Source: an uncultured Acidobacteriota bacterium
GTDB taxonomy: Bacteria; Acidobacteriota; Thermoanaerobaculia; UBA5066; Gp7-AA6
Direction: 5' to 3'
NCBI GenBank assembly: GCA_963764715.1
Contig: CAVXTP010000022.1
Span: forward strand, 544,001-608,000
DNA: 64,000 bases
The translations under genes and the position numbers were made by a program. The number at the start of each line of letters is the position of its first letter. Position 1 is the stretch's first letter. The notes beneath the pieces were generated by a model. That model was not told the DNA's origin and searched no databases. It saw nothing but the letters and a program-made list of their open reading frames with translations. Below are positions 8,948 to 18,461 of this stretch, in pieces.

Positions 8948-9778
8948 GCGGCCCCCTCCATGCCGACCCTCTGCCGGCGGAATGCTCCCCAGATCGCGGC
9001 CCCGATCGCCCCGGCGTACGCCGACAGCGGGTCGCGCGCCAGCTCGAGCGGCGCCGCTCCCCGGGCCGCTCCCTGCGCGAGCGCGGCCGACAGCGCCACC
9101 GCGAGCCCGTCGTCGGCGGCGAGGCCCCCGCTCAGGAAGACGGTCCCCTCGACGCCGAGGGAATGGAGCAGCCGCGCGAAGCGTCCGGCCATGCTGTCGT
9201 GGATCCCCCGCAGGATGTTGGCGGCGCCGAGGCCCCGCGAAACCATGTTGATCACGTCCGTCTCGGCGAGCACGGCGCAGATCGAGCTGACGGCCTCGGG
9301 CTTCTCCGCGGTCTGCGACAGGGCCCCGATGTCGGCCTGGGCGACACCCAGGTAGCGGGCGATGTTCTCGAGGAACTGGCCGGACCCCGAGGCGCACTGA
9401 CTCGTCATCTTGTAGCCGAGCACCTTGCCCCGCGAGTCCATCGCCACGGCCCGCGCGTGGAGGGCGCCGATGTCGAGAACGGCCCTCGCCCACGGCGCCA
9501 GAAAGAGCGCCCCGCGCGCGTGCGTCGTCATTCCGTAGAAGTGGCCCGTGGCGATCGGGCGTCTCCTCCCCTTCGCCTGTCGACGCGACGTAGTCGAGCT
9601 CGCGGACGCCCGCGGCCTCGACCGCCGCGTCGAAGGCCTCGGCGACGACCTCGGCGACGTTGCGGCGGCGGACGCGCGCCACCGCGTGGCCGAGCACCCG
9701 GTCCTCGCCCTCCCCGACCCGCAGGATCGCCGCCTTGACGGCGCTCGAGCCGACGTCGATCCCGGCCGTGACGCTCAT
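8923..9778 (-). CDS. bcrD: Benzoyl-CoA reductase subunit D (ATPase); one apparent +1 frameshift near 9557-9559
   Basis: [15 protein letters not shown]...YVASTGEGE joins [15 protein letters not shown]...[22 protein letters not shown]...[18 protein letters not shown] if one base of GGG 9557-9559 is removed. Confidence 0.87.
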
Positions 9779-11059
9779 GCCGCCGCTCCCCGAAGCGCGA
9801 AGTGCGCCGCCCCCAGCGCTCCCGTGTAGATGCTGTCGGCCGAGATGTTGATCCGGCGCTCGCCGTAGTTCTCGGCAATCAATCCCGTCAGCGCCTGCAC
9901 CGCCGCGGGGTTGCGCGCCACGCCGCCGGTGAAGGTGAACTCGTTCTCGACGCCGCCCGACCGCGCCAGCAGGCTCAACGCCCGCAGGATCACGGCGCGG
10001 TGGAGCCCGGCCAGGATGTCCTCGCGCTTCTCGCCGAGCGAGAGCCGCTCCCGCAGCTCGGCCCCCGCGAAGACCGTGCAGGTCGAGCTGATCCGGACCG
10101 GCCGCCGGCTCTCGAGGGCCAGGGGCCCGAGCTCGTGGAGGCCCATGTTCATCTCGTCGGCGATGTACCCGAGGTAGCGCCCGCAGCCGGCGGCGCAGCG
10201 GTCGTTCATCTGGAAGCTCGTCACGATCCCGGCCCCGTCGACCTGGATCGCCTTGGTGTCCTGCCCGCCGATGTCGAGGACGGTCCGCGTGGCCGGGAAG
10301 AGCACGTGGGCGCCGAGTCCGTGGCAGAGGATCTCGGACCGGATCTGCTCCTTCGGGAACGGGAGCCGCGCGCGGCCGTATCCCGTGCCGACCGTCGCCG
10401 CGACCGCGATTTCCGCCGTCACCGCCGCCTCGACGGCAGCCCGCACCCCCGGCGTCTCGCCGACGCGCTCGACGGCCTGGCCGATGTGCTCCCGGAAGCC
10501 GAGCTCGAGCGGCTCGTTCTCGACGAGGACGATGCACTTGTCGTAGAGCCCGACCAGCGCGTCGAAGGTGACGCCCGAGCCGCCCTCCCGCGCGGCCTCC
10601 TCCGAGAGCCGGGCGTAAGCCGAGCCGGCCGCGTCGCGGAAGAAGTCCGAGCGCTCGGAGGGATTCGCTTCGGCGAAGCGGGCCTCCTCCTCGGGCGCGG
10701 AGGCGCTCGAAGATGCGGACGACGGCGGCCCGGAGTCGCCTCGCGCCGGCCGGCGGGATGCCCTTCTCGATCTCCTCCCCGATCTTCGCCTCGAGCGACG
10801 AGAGCTGCACGAGCATCTGTTCGAGACGGAACGCTCGCAGGAGGCGGTTGAGCGTCCCGAGCCCGGCCGCCTGCTCGACTTCCCGCTGCAGGAGCCGGAA
10901 GCGCGCGCTGACGAAGGCCTCGGTGCGGGCGAGCTCCGCCGCGAGGTCGTAGTTGGAGCGGGAGTTGGTGATCCCGCGACCGAGCACCTCGCCCCGCTCG
11001 TCCAGGACGACGGCCTTCGTCGTCGTCGAGCCGAGGTCGATCCCGACGAACGCTTTCAC
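9775..11059 (-). CDS. bcrA: Benzoyl-CoA reductase subunit A (ATPase); one apparent +1 frameshift near 10693-10695
   Basis: [22 protein letters not shown]; after a one-base correction continues SDFFRDAAG...[42 protein letters not shown] (428 codons). Confidence 0.88.
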
Positions 11060-12342
11060 GCGCCGACGCCCGCGGCCGCGCCCGCCCGGCGGGCGTCGAG
11101 CATCTGGAAGTAGCTCTCCATGCGGTTCTTGAGGTTGGCGGCCGAGAAGTACCGGGGGTCCACGAGGTCCGACTCGATGAACGCCCCGGGCAGGCCCGTG
11201 CGGCGCTCGACCTCGCGCAGCATCATGAGCTGGCCGGCCGAGAAGGAGTTGCAGGACTTGACCGAGTGGATCAGGAACCCGTCCGCGGCGTACTCCTCGG
11301 CGTACTGCGCGATCATGTCGACGCGCGACGGGAGGTTCCGGTTGGTGTAGCAGCCGCTGCAGTAGTCCGCGAGCGTGCCGAGAGGATCGGAGGGGTCGTG
11401 GCGGAAGCCGAGGTCGTACGTTCCGCCGACCTTCGAGTAGGTGGACGCCACGACGACGGCGCCCTCGTCGGCGAAGAGCTTCCAGAACTCGCGGAAATGG
11501 GTCCAGTTGGGCGGGCCCTCGACGACAAGCCGGTGCTTCTGGCGGTCGAGCCGGCCGGACGGCGTCGTCGGGCCTTCCCCGCGCGCCGCGCGCTCCTCGA
11601 CCTCCTGCCGGAGCGCCCGGTAGTACGCGCCCCCTTCCTCGGTCCCGCGGAAGGCCGAGAAGATGGGCCCGACGTAGTAGACGGCGCCGAAGTAGGCATC
11701 GATCGGGCTCGGCGTCTTCTTGGCGGACTCCAGGACCGCCACCAGGTCGTCCTCCGCGGCCGCGCTCCGGGTGAGGTTCTCGCGCAGCCGGTCCTCGTCG
11801 TATCGGCGGCCGGTGGCCTTCTCGAGGGCCGGCACGAGGGTTTCGCGGATCTGGCGCTCGACGTACGTCCGCATCGCCGGCGATTGCGTCCCGTCGCCCT
11901 GGTACGGGATCTGGAGGAACACCGTCGGGCACTGGTACGCCTCGCGCAGCAGCTCGAACCACTTCATGAACGTGTAGCAGCCGGTGTAGGAGAGAAGCAG
12001 CAGGTCCGGCTTCGGCAGCCGCGTCCCCGTCGGGCTGACGTTGCCGGCTTTCAGCATCCCGACGTCGCACTTCACGTACGAGCAGACGTCCTCGGAGTGG
12101 CCGGCCTTCTCGGCGGCGGCGATGTAGCCCCCGCTCTTGCCGCGCATGGCCGACTGGAGAGCGTTGATCTCGGGCAGCACCGGCAGCGCGTCGAAGGAGC
12201 GGATGAGCTCCGTGAGGTTACCCGGCACGAAGGTGTAGACGACCGGCTCGCCGGTCTCGGGCGCCGCCTCGAGACGGCGATAGTGCTCCGCCAGCATCTC
12301 CTTCTGGAGGAGCATCGAGCGGTCTTTTTCGGTCTCGGACAT
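11056..12342 (-). CDS. bcrB: Benzoyl-CoA reductase subunit B (Thauera type)
   Basis: TFVPGNL, GHSEDVCSYVK, SYTGCYTFMKWFELLR, SPIDAYFG, VVEGPPNWT, CYTNRNLP, KSCNSFSAGQL, DLVDPRYFS; closely matches recalled T. aromatica BcrB. Confidence 0.93.
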   Translation of the reverse strand: MSETEKDRSMLLQKEMLAEHYRRLEAAPETGEPVVYTFVPGNLTELIRSFDALPVLPEINALQSAMRGKSGGYIAAAEKAGHSEDVCSYVKCDVGMLKAGNVSPTGTRLPKPDLLLLSYTGCYTFMKWFELLREAYQCPTVFLQIPYQGDGTQSPAMRTYVERQIRETLVPALEKATGRRYDEDRLRENLTRSAAAEDDLVAVLESAKKTPSPIDAYFGAVYYVGPIFSAFRGTEEGGAYYRALRQEVEERAARGEGPTTPSGRLDRQKHRLVVEGPPNWTHFREFWKLFADEGAVVVASTYSKVGGTYDLGFRHDPSDPLGTLADYCSGCYTNRNLPSRVDMIAQYAEEYAADGFLIHSVKSCNSFSAGQLMMLREVERRTGLPGAFIESDLVDPRYFSAANLKNRMESYFQMLDARRAGAAAGVGA

Positions 12343-12473
12343 CTATTGTTCTCCCGGCAGGGTGCTGCCTGAGGCGACATGGCGTGCGACCGGCCGACCG
12401 GCTCCTGGCCCTCTGGTTTCGCAGTGCCGTTGCCGACCTGCCGAAGCGTTGACGCCGCCTCTATCGAAAAGCA

Positions 12474-13641
12474 CTAGGCGCCTCCCCAGAGCTTGATCGC
12501 GTCGGCGAACGTGCCGGCCTGCTCGCGAAACTGCTGGAACTGGCCGGTGTTCTCGGCGAACTGGAACGCGATGCACGGGATGCCCGCGGCTCTCGGCTCC
12601 CGCTCGCAGCATCGGCCGGTCGAGCAGCGCCGGGTCGCAGAAGCTCGCCGACGCGAAGATGACGCCGTCGGCCCTCGCCGCCGCCACGCGCTCGGCGAGG
12701 AGGCGCCGCTTTCCGTCCGGATCCGGCTCGTAGAGCGTGGAGTTGCGGACCGAGTGCCGCACGAAGGCCTCCGCGAGGTTGTGGAGCGGATCGCCCTCGA
12801 GCGGGACATCCCCGTCGATCATCCGGTTGCCGAGAAGGAAATCGTCGTCGACGATGAAGCAGCCCGCGCGCTCGATCGTCTTGACGAGCCCGAGCGGAGG
12901 CTGCTCGCAGAAGGCGCCCACGACGACGACCCGCGCCCGGTCGCGCACGCGGCCCGGCTCCGCCTCGACCGCGGCGAGGTACGCGCGCACGCGCTCGAGG
13001 AAGTCCTCGAGCGGCACGAGCTCCCCCGCGCGCATCAGGAGGTACAGCTCCTCGGTCGGCACGCTCCAGGGGGCGTCCCGGCGCGCCTGGTAGAGACGCC
13101 GGATGAGCGCGCGGGCGGTGTTGTACGCCCCGATCGCCTCGCGGAGGGACTCCTCGGTCGCCGGGGCGCCTCCCACCCGTCCGAGATCGCGCCGCAGCAC
13201 CTCGAGCTCGTCCCGCCAGAAGGCCGTCTGGATCGACGACTCCCCTCCCTGCGGCAGGTCGAGGTAGCGGACGTACAGGTCGGGATAGAGCAGCTTCCAT
13301 ACCCCCGACAGGTTGCGGATGACGTCGCAGGTCGCCGGGAAGAGGACCGCCGAGAGGAAGTCGAGCCGTCCCGACTGCGCGAGCTCGACGACCGAGCGGG
13401 GCAGGTGGCAGATGTAGGACTGGTAGAAGGCGTCCCCGCGGATGATCTCGAGGCGGTCACCGCCCCCGTGGATGCCGACCGGGAGAAGGCCCGAGGCCCG
13501 CAGGACCTCCCGGGGCGCGTAGACCGGAAGATATCCCGCCGCCTTCCGGCCGGGCCGCTCCGCGATCCAGGCGCGCGCCGCCGAGAACTCCAGGTCCTCG
13601 CAGACGTCTTCGGCCCAGTCGACGATCTCGGCTCGTTTCAC
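12474..13641 (-). CDS. bcrC: Benzoyl-CoA reductase subunit C; one apparent +1 frameshift near 12583-12585
   Basis: GDAFYQSYICHLPRS, CDVIRNLSGVWK, GAFCEQPPL, SFCDPALLDRPM; the C-terminus GIPCIAFQFAENTGQFQQFREQAGTFADAIKLW lies in the next frame. Confidence 0.88.
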
Positions 13642-14423
13642 GTGTGGGACCAGACCGGAGGCCGGCGCTCGAGAAAGGCGGTCAGGCCCTCGACGGGGTC
13701 GCGGTGGGACATGAGGTCGTTCAGGTACTGGGCCTCGAGGACGGGCAGGTCGTCGTCGAGCGACGCGGCGAGGAGCCTCCGCGACGCGCGCCAGGCCGCG
13801 CGCACGGCCACGGCCGACTTGTCGGCGAGGCGCTCTCCGTACCAGCGCTGCAGGGCCGCCTCCGCGTCGTGGTTGCAGCCGTCGATCAGTCCCCAGGCGG
13901 CCGCGCCCTGCGCGTCGAAGGTGTCGCCCGAGACGATCAGCTGCGTGGCTCTCGCCCCGGTCACGCGCCACGGCAGGACGATCGCGGCGACCGGGGGAAA
14001 GACGCCCAGGCGCGTCTCCGGGACGCCGAAGCGCGCCGACGCCTCGCCGAAGACCATCCCGCACCAGAGCGCGAGCTCGAAGGCGCCGCCGAGGCACTGG
14101 CCGCGCACCACCGCCGCCGTGGGCGTCCCGAGCGCCTCGAGGTCGCGGAACAGGCCGTGAAACGCGGGCAGCAGCTCGCCGACCCGGTCCGGCATGTGCT
14201 CCTGGACCGACGCTCCGAAGCTGAAGTGATCGCCCGCGCCCTCGAACACCAGGAGCTTGAGAGGACCGGGGTTCTTCGCGAGCTCGACCAGGCGCGCGCG
14301 GATCGCGCCGATCATCTCCCGGTCGAGGACGTTCGCCTTCGGCCGGTCGAGAACGATCCGCTGGATCTCCCCGCCGCGCTCCGCTCCGCAGCGGATCGGG
14401 GACGTCGCAACCGTTTCCGTCAT
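13638..14423 (-). CDS. dch: Cyclohexa-1,5-dienecarbonyl-CoA hydratase
   Basis: Crotonase fold: RPKANVLD, HFSFGASVQEH, GQCLGGAFEL, PETRLGVFPP, YLNDLMSHRDPVEGL; between had and bcrC. Confidence 0.9.
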   Translation of the reverse strand: MTETVATSPIRCGAERGGEIQRIVLDRPKANVLDREMIGAIRARLVELAKNPGPLKLLVFEGAGDHFSFGASVQEHMPDRVGELLPAFHGLFRDLEALGTPTAAVVRGQCLGGAFELALWCGMVFGEASARFGVPETRLGVFPPVAAIVLPWRVTGARATQLIVSGDTFDAQGAAAWGLIDGCNHDAEAALQRWYGERLADKSAVAVRAAWRASRRLLAASLDDDLPVLEAQYLNDLMSHRDPVEGLTAFLERRPPVWSHT

Positions 14424-15529
14424 GAAACCTCCTCGGCGTCGGGTACGAGGACGACGCGGCGTTCGACCCGATGCGCCCGAACGTCCTCGAGGACCTCGGC
14501 GATCCTCGAGAGCGGCCGCAGCTCGGCGTGCGAAGCGACCTCGATCCGTCCCGCGAGCACCTTTTCCAGGATCTCGGGATAGAGCCCGGGCGCGCAGCCC
14601 CAGTTCCCCAGCGCCCGCGCGTCGAAGGCCATGAGGTTCGAGAGCCGCACCGCGACGGTCTCGAGCGTGAAGCCGACGACCATGAGCGTCGCGCCGTGGA
14701 CGAGGAGGCCGAAGGCCGTCTGCTGGCCCGCGGGCGTGCCCGAGCATTCGAGGATCGTCCAGCCCGTCGCCGGCGCGCCCTTCTCGCGGGCGAAGGCAGC
14801 GAGCCGGCCCCGGAGCTCCTTCGCCGGCAATTCGCGGGGGTCGAGCGCGAGGCCCACGCCGATCTTCGAAGCCGCGTCCCTCCGGCGAGCGTCGACGTCG
14901 AGGCCGACCACCGCCGCGCCCCGCTCGGCCGCGACCTCCGCGGCGAAGGTCCCGACGCCGCCCAGCCCGACGACGACGGCGAGCTCCCCGAAGCGAACGC
15001 CGGACCGCTCGACCGCCTGGTAGGCCGTCGAGACCGCGTCGGCCACGACGGCGAGGTGCCGGAGCGTCAGTCCCGGCGCGTCACCCAGCGGAGCATCCGG
15101 ATCCTGCCCCGCGCCCGGCACCGGGCACAGGAAGCGTCCCGGCAGCACGACGCGGTCGGCGAAGCCCCCATCCCGGTCGTTGCCCGGCATGATCTGGGAC
15201 GCGCAGATGGTCGATCGTCCCGCGCGGCAGAGCGCGCACTCGCCGCAGGGCAGCACCGCCGGAACGACGACCGCGCGGCCGACGAGCTCCCGCTGGCGGC
15301 TTCCCGCGTCCTCGACGTAACCGCTGATCTCGTGGCCCAGGATCAGCGGCAGCGGATGGCGCGTGCGCACGCCGTCGTTCAGGAAGCCGAGGTCCGTGTG
15401 GCAGACGCCGCACCCGGCGACCCGGATCAGGACGTCTTCCGCGTCCAGCGTCCCGACCTCGCGGCGAGCGGGAGCGAGGGCTCCCGCCGTCCCGGCGAAC
15501 TCGTACCCCCGGATCGTCGTCACGCTCAC
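14420..15529 (-). CDS. had: 6-hydroxycyclohex-1-ene-1-carbonyl-CoA dehydrogenase (Zn-dependent)
   Basis: VAGCGVCHTDLG..DGVRTRHPLPLILGHEISG, CGECALC..C, SNLMAFDARALGNWGC. Confidence 0.92.
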   Translation of the reverse strand: MSVTTIRGYEFAGTAGALAPARREVGTLDAEDVLIRVAGCGVCHTDLGFLNDGVRTRHPLPLILGHEISGYVEDAGSRQRELVGRAVVVPAVLPCGECALCRAGRSTICASQIMPGNDRDGGFADRVVLPGRFLCPVPGAGQDPDAPLGDAPGLTLRHLAVVADAVSTAYQAVERSGVRFGELAVVVGLGGVGTFAAEVAAERGAAVVGLDVDARRRDAASKIGVGLALDPRELPAKELRGRLAAFAREKGAPATGWTILECSGTPAGQQTAFGLLVHGATLMVVGFTLETVAVRLSNLMAFDARALGNWGCAPGLYPEILEKVLAGRIEVASHAELRPLSRIAEVLEDVRAHRVERRVVLVPDAEEVS

Positions 15530-16272
15530 GCCCCCAGCGCCTGTCCGCCGTCGACGGCGAGGGCCTGGCCCGTGATGTGCGCGGCGCCGGGCCCGGCGAG
15601 AAACGCGACGGCCTCCGCGATCTCCTCCGGCCGCGCCGCGCGGCCGAGCAGCGTCTCGGCGAGGGCCTTGCGGCGGACCTCGTCGGAGAGCGCCGCGGTC
15701 ATCGGCGTGTCGGTGAAGCCCGGCTCCACCACGTTGACCGTGACGCCGCTCGCGGCGAGCTCCCGGGCCGCCGAGCGCGCGAGGCCCAGGAGGCCGGCCT
15801 TGGCTGCGGCGTAATTGGCCTGGCCGAATTTGCCGCGCCGCCCGTTGATCGAGGAGATGATGACGACGCGACCCGACGGGCTCCGGCGGAGCGCCGACGC
15901 CGCGGCGCGCAGGTAGTTCGCCGCGCCCGAGAGATCCACCGCGATGACCCGATCCCACGCCTCGTCGCTCATCTTCCAGAGGACGCCGTCACGGCAGATC
16001 CCGGCGGCGAGCACCAGGAGGTCCAGCGCCTTGCGACGCTCGAGGACGTCGCCGACCGTCCGGCGCGCGGCCTCCGCGTCCGCCACGTCCGCCGCGTAGA
16101 GGTTTGCCTTGCCGAACGCGCGGGCGAGACCGCCGAGGCGCCGCGCATCGGCGTCGACGATCGCGACGGCGGCTCCCGCGGCCTTCAGCCGCCGGGCGCA
16201 GGCGAGACCGATGCCGCTCGCGCCGCCGGTCACGAGCGCGACCCGACCGGCGAGCTCGCGACGGGGGCTCAC
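15526..16272 (-). CDS. SDR oxidoreductase (3-hydroxyacyl-CoA/3-oxoacyl reductase-like; candidate 3-hydroxypimeloyl-CoA dehydrogenase)
   Basis: VTGGASGIG, GKFGQANYAAAK, ITGQALAVDGG; start and stop overlap oah and had. Confidence 0.8.
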   Translation of the reverse strand: MSPRRELAGRVALVTGGASGIGLACARRLKAAGAAVAIVDADARRLGGLARAFGKANLYAADVADAEAARRTVGDVLERRKALDLLVLAAGICRDGVLWKMSDEAWDRVIAVDLSGAANYLRAAASALRRSPSGRVVIISSINGRRGKFGQANYAAAKAGLLGLARSAARELAASGVTVNVVEPGFTDTPMTAALSDEVRRKALAETLLGRAARPEEIAEAVAFLAGPGAAHITGQALAVDGGQALGA

Positions 16273-17318
16273 TCGAGCTTGCCTCCGCACGCACCGCAGT
16301 GGGCGAAGGTCGCCGGCAGCCCTTCCGCGCCGCAGCTCCGGCAGGCCCGCACGTGCGCTCCCCACGGCGTCTCGGGGGACCCGCCCGGCTCGACGGCGCG
16401 GCGCCGGACTGCGGCGAAGTCGACCGGCCGCTTGTGGGCGAACGCGCTCATGCCCTCGAAGGGCTCGTAGTCGGTGTAATGGAGGGCCAGCCAGTCCTGC
16501 GCGTGGCGCACCGTGAGAGCCCAGGAGAAGTCCTTCCAGAAGTTGACCTGCTGCTTGGTGTAGCGAACGCACTCGGGAAACGTCCGGAGGAGCTCCGCCG
16601 CCAGGCGGCCGACTTCCTCGTCGAGGGGCGCGAGGTCGATCGAGTACCCGTCCGCTCGCTTCTGCGCCTTTTCGATCTCCTCGGGCGAGGCGATGGCCAC
16701 GAGCTCCCCGCCCCGGCGCACCGACGGCGCGACCCGGTTGACGAGCCCCCATTCGAGCGCCAGGCGCGCGGGAATCGGGCGGTTGGTGAAGAGCATCTCG
16801 CGGGCGCGCTTGTCGCCGACCGTGATCGGCAGCCACTGCGTGGCGCCGCCGCAGGCGACCGATCCGACGCGGACGCCGACCTGGCCGACGTAGGCGTGCT
16901 CGGCGATCACCGCGAGGTCGCAGGCGAGGACCGTCTCGTTTCCGCCGCCGACCGCCACCCCGTTGATCCGCGCAATCACGGGCTTCCCGGTCGAGAGGAT
17001 CGCGTCGATGTAGGCGCGGAAGAGCGCCATGTACTTCCAGTAGTCCCGGGGCGCCCCGATGTAGGTCTCGGCGTACTCCTTGACGTCGCCGCCCGTGCAG
17101 AAGGCGCGGTCCCCCGCGCCCGTCAGGACGATGACGCCGACCGCGTCGTCGAAGGTGGCCTCGCGCAGCCCCGCTGCGAGCTCCTCGAGGCAGGAGGTCG
17201 AGTAGGCGTTGTACCGGCCGGGACGGTTGATGGTGATCCGGGCGACACCGTCCTTCTTCTCGTAGAGGATCTCCTTGAAGGACAGGGAGGAGACCTCGCG
17301 AGGCGGGAAGGCGCGCAT
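16269..17318 (-). CDS. oah: 6-oxocyclohex-1-ene-1-carbonyl-CoA hydrolase (ring opening)
   Basis: NRPGRYNAYST, GDRAFCTGGDVKEYAETY, NGVAVGGGNE, GSVACGGATQWLP, FPECVRYTK; C-terminal CRSC..CGAC; start chosen at ATG 17318. Confidence 0.87.
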   Translation of the reverse strand: MRAFPPREVSSLSFKEILYEKKDGVARITINRPGRYNAYSTSCLEELAAGLREATFDDAVGVIVLTGAGDRAFCTGGDVKEYAETYIGAPRDYWKYMALFRAYIDAILSTGKPVIARINGVAVGGGNETVLACDLAVIAEHAYVGQVGVRVGSVACGGATQWLPITVGDKRAREMLFTNRPIPARLALEWGLVNRVAPSVRRGGELVAIASPEEIEKAQKRADGYSIDLAPLDEEVGRLAAELLRTFPECVRYTKQQVNFWKDFSWALTVRHAQDWLALHYTDYEPFEGMSAFAHKRPVDFAAVRRRAVEPGGSPETPWGAHVRACRSCGAEGLPATFAHCGACGGKLE

Positions 17319-17354
17319 CAGTCTGCAGTCTCGTACGGGGTCCGGCGGGTGCGC

Positions 17355-17368
17355 ATGATCTGCGTCAT
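17355..17368. promoter_or_regulatory. CRP/FNR-family-like palindrome ATGAT-N4-GTCAT upstream of oah-bcr operon
   Basis: ATGATCTGCGTCAT, about 37 nt upstream of the oah start. Confidence 0.55.
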
Positions 17369-17404
17369 GGCACAAAGGATCCACTCGAGCGCCCACCCAC
17401 CGAA

Positions 17405-17419
17405 TGATTGGTTTGCATC
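17405..17419. promoter_or_regulatory. Second candidate operator TGATTGGTTTGCATC
   Basis: 13/15 identical to 6697-6711; AT-rich patch in GC-rich DNA. Confidence 0.5.
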
Positions 17420-17487
17420 AGATCGGGAGATTCCTGATCCCGGGCAAGCGCCGGTGTCGGCCCCTCGGCCGGGGGCCCGGAGGTGCT

Positions 17488-18243
17488 TCAGTCCTGGAGG
17501 CGCGCGGCGATGCCTTCGAGGAGGGACAGCGAGTCGTAGTGGGTCAGGTCGAGGTGGAGCGGCGTGACGGAGATGTAGTTCTCCTCGACCGCCGAGAGGT
17601 CCGTGCCTTGCTCGAGCTCCCCGGCCGGCGGCGTCGAGCCGATCCAGTAGTAGGGCCGGCCCCGGGGGTCGATCTTCTCGATCACGGCCTCACCGTACCG
17701 GCGCCTTCCCTGGCGACCGACCCGCACCCCGCGGGGCGCCTCGGCGGGGACGTTCACGTTGATCAGCGTTCCCGGCGTCAGCGGCTGCTCGAGAAGGAGC
17801 CGGGCGAGCCTCGCCGCGAATGCCGCGGCGGCGTCGAACGTGAAGCCCGTCTCGATCTCCTGCGAGATCGCGACCGACGGGATCCCGATGAGCGTCCCCT
17901 CGAAGGCCGCCGACACGGTGCCGGAGTAGGTGACGTCGTCCCCGAGATTCAGCCCCAGGTTGATCCCCGAAAAGAGAAGCTTCGGCCGCTCGTCGCGGAG
18001 CAGGTGCAGCACGCCCCAGTTGACGCAGTCGGTCGGCGTCCCGTCGACCGACCAACGCTGCGGCCCGATCAGCTTGGCCCGGAGCGGATGATGGAGCGTC
18101 AGGGAGTGCCCCGCGGCGCTGCGCTCCTGGTCCGGCGCCACCGTGAAGACGTCGCCGACCTCGGAGAGGGCCGCCGCCAGCCGCTCGATGCCCTCGGAGA
18201 AGACGCCGTCGTCGTTGGTGACGATGATCCGCGGCCGGCTCAT
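17488..18243 (-). CDS. surE: 5'/3'-nucleotidase SurE
   Basis: VTNDDG, APDQERSAAGHSLT, GTPTDCV, SGINLGLNLGDDVTYSGTVSAA. Confidence 0.95.
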   Translation of the reverse strand: MSRPRIIVTNDDGVFSEGIERLAAALSEVGDVFTVAPDQERSAAGHSLTLHHPLRAKLIGPQRWSVDGTPTDCVNWGVLHLLRDERPKLLFSGINLGLNLGDDVTYSGTVSAAFEGTLIGIPSVAISQEIETGFTFDAAAAFAARLARLLLEQPLTPGTLINVNVPAEAPRGVRVGRQGRRRYGEAVIEKIDPRGRPYYWIGSTPPAGELEQGTDLSAVEENYISVTPLHLDLTHYDSLSLLEGIAARLQD

Positions 18244-18461
18244 GCGGCCGGCGGGGGCGCCGCGTCCGGCGGCGGCATCACGAACATCAGGATGATGTAG
18301 GCGAGGATGCCGGGAAACGCGACAGACACGACCGAGATCAGGACGTAGGCCACGCGCACCACGGTCGGATCGAGGCCGAAGTACTCCGCGAGCCCCCCGC
18401 AGACCCCCGCGATCATCTTGTGCCGGCTCGACCGCGTCAGGCGCCGCTCGGGGTTCGTCAT
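18240..18461 (-). CDS. pspC: PspC domain-containing membrane protein
   Basis: LTRSSRHKMIAGVCGGLAEYFGLDPTVVRV..AYIILMFVMP. Confidence 0.88.
   Translation of the reverse strand: MTNPERRLTRSSRHKMIAGVCGGLAEYFGLDPTVVRVAYVLISVVSVAFPGILAYIILMFVMPPPDAAPPPAA

Noticed and set aside
8480-12070. 1196-aa ORF that looks like a BcrA-BcrD-GNAT fusion
   Set aside because: A mosaic created by two single-base insertions in stop-poor GC-rich DNA; each gene has its own start and stop.
8923-13641. Programmed ribosomal frameshifting or true pseudogenisation of bcrC/A/D
   Set aside because: No slippery heptamers and no other decay; the same GCCCG context also breaks rnr, so sequencing error is more parsimonious, though unproven.
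16269-16360. C-terminal CxxC..CxxC zinc ribbon on Oah as a novel fusion
   Set aside because: I recall similar Cys-rich tails in other Oah/BamA proteins; novelty cannot be claimed without an alignment.
17368-17385. TGGCAC as a sigma54 -24 box
   Set aside because: No TTGC at -12, and it is on the wrong strand for the oah operon.
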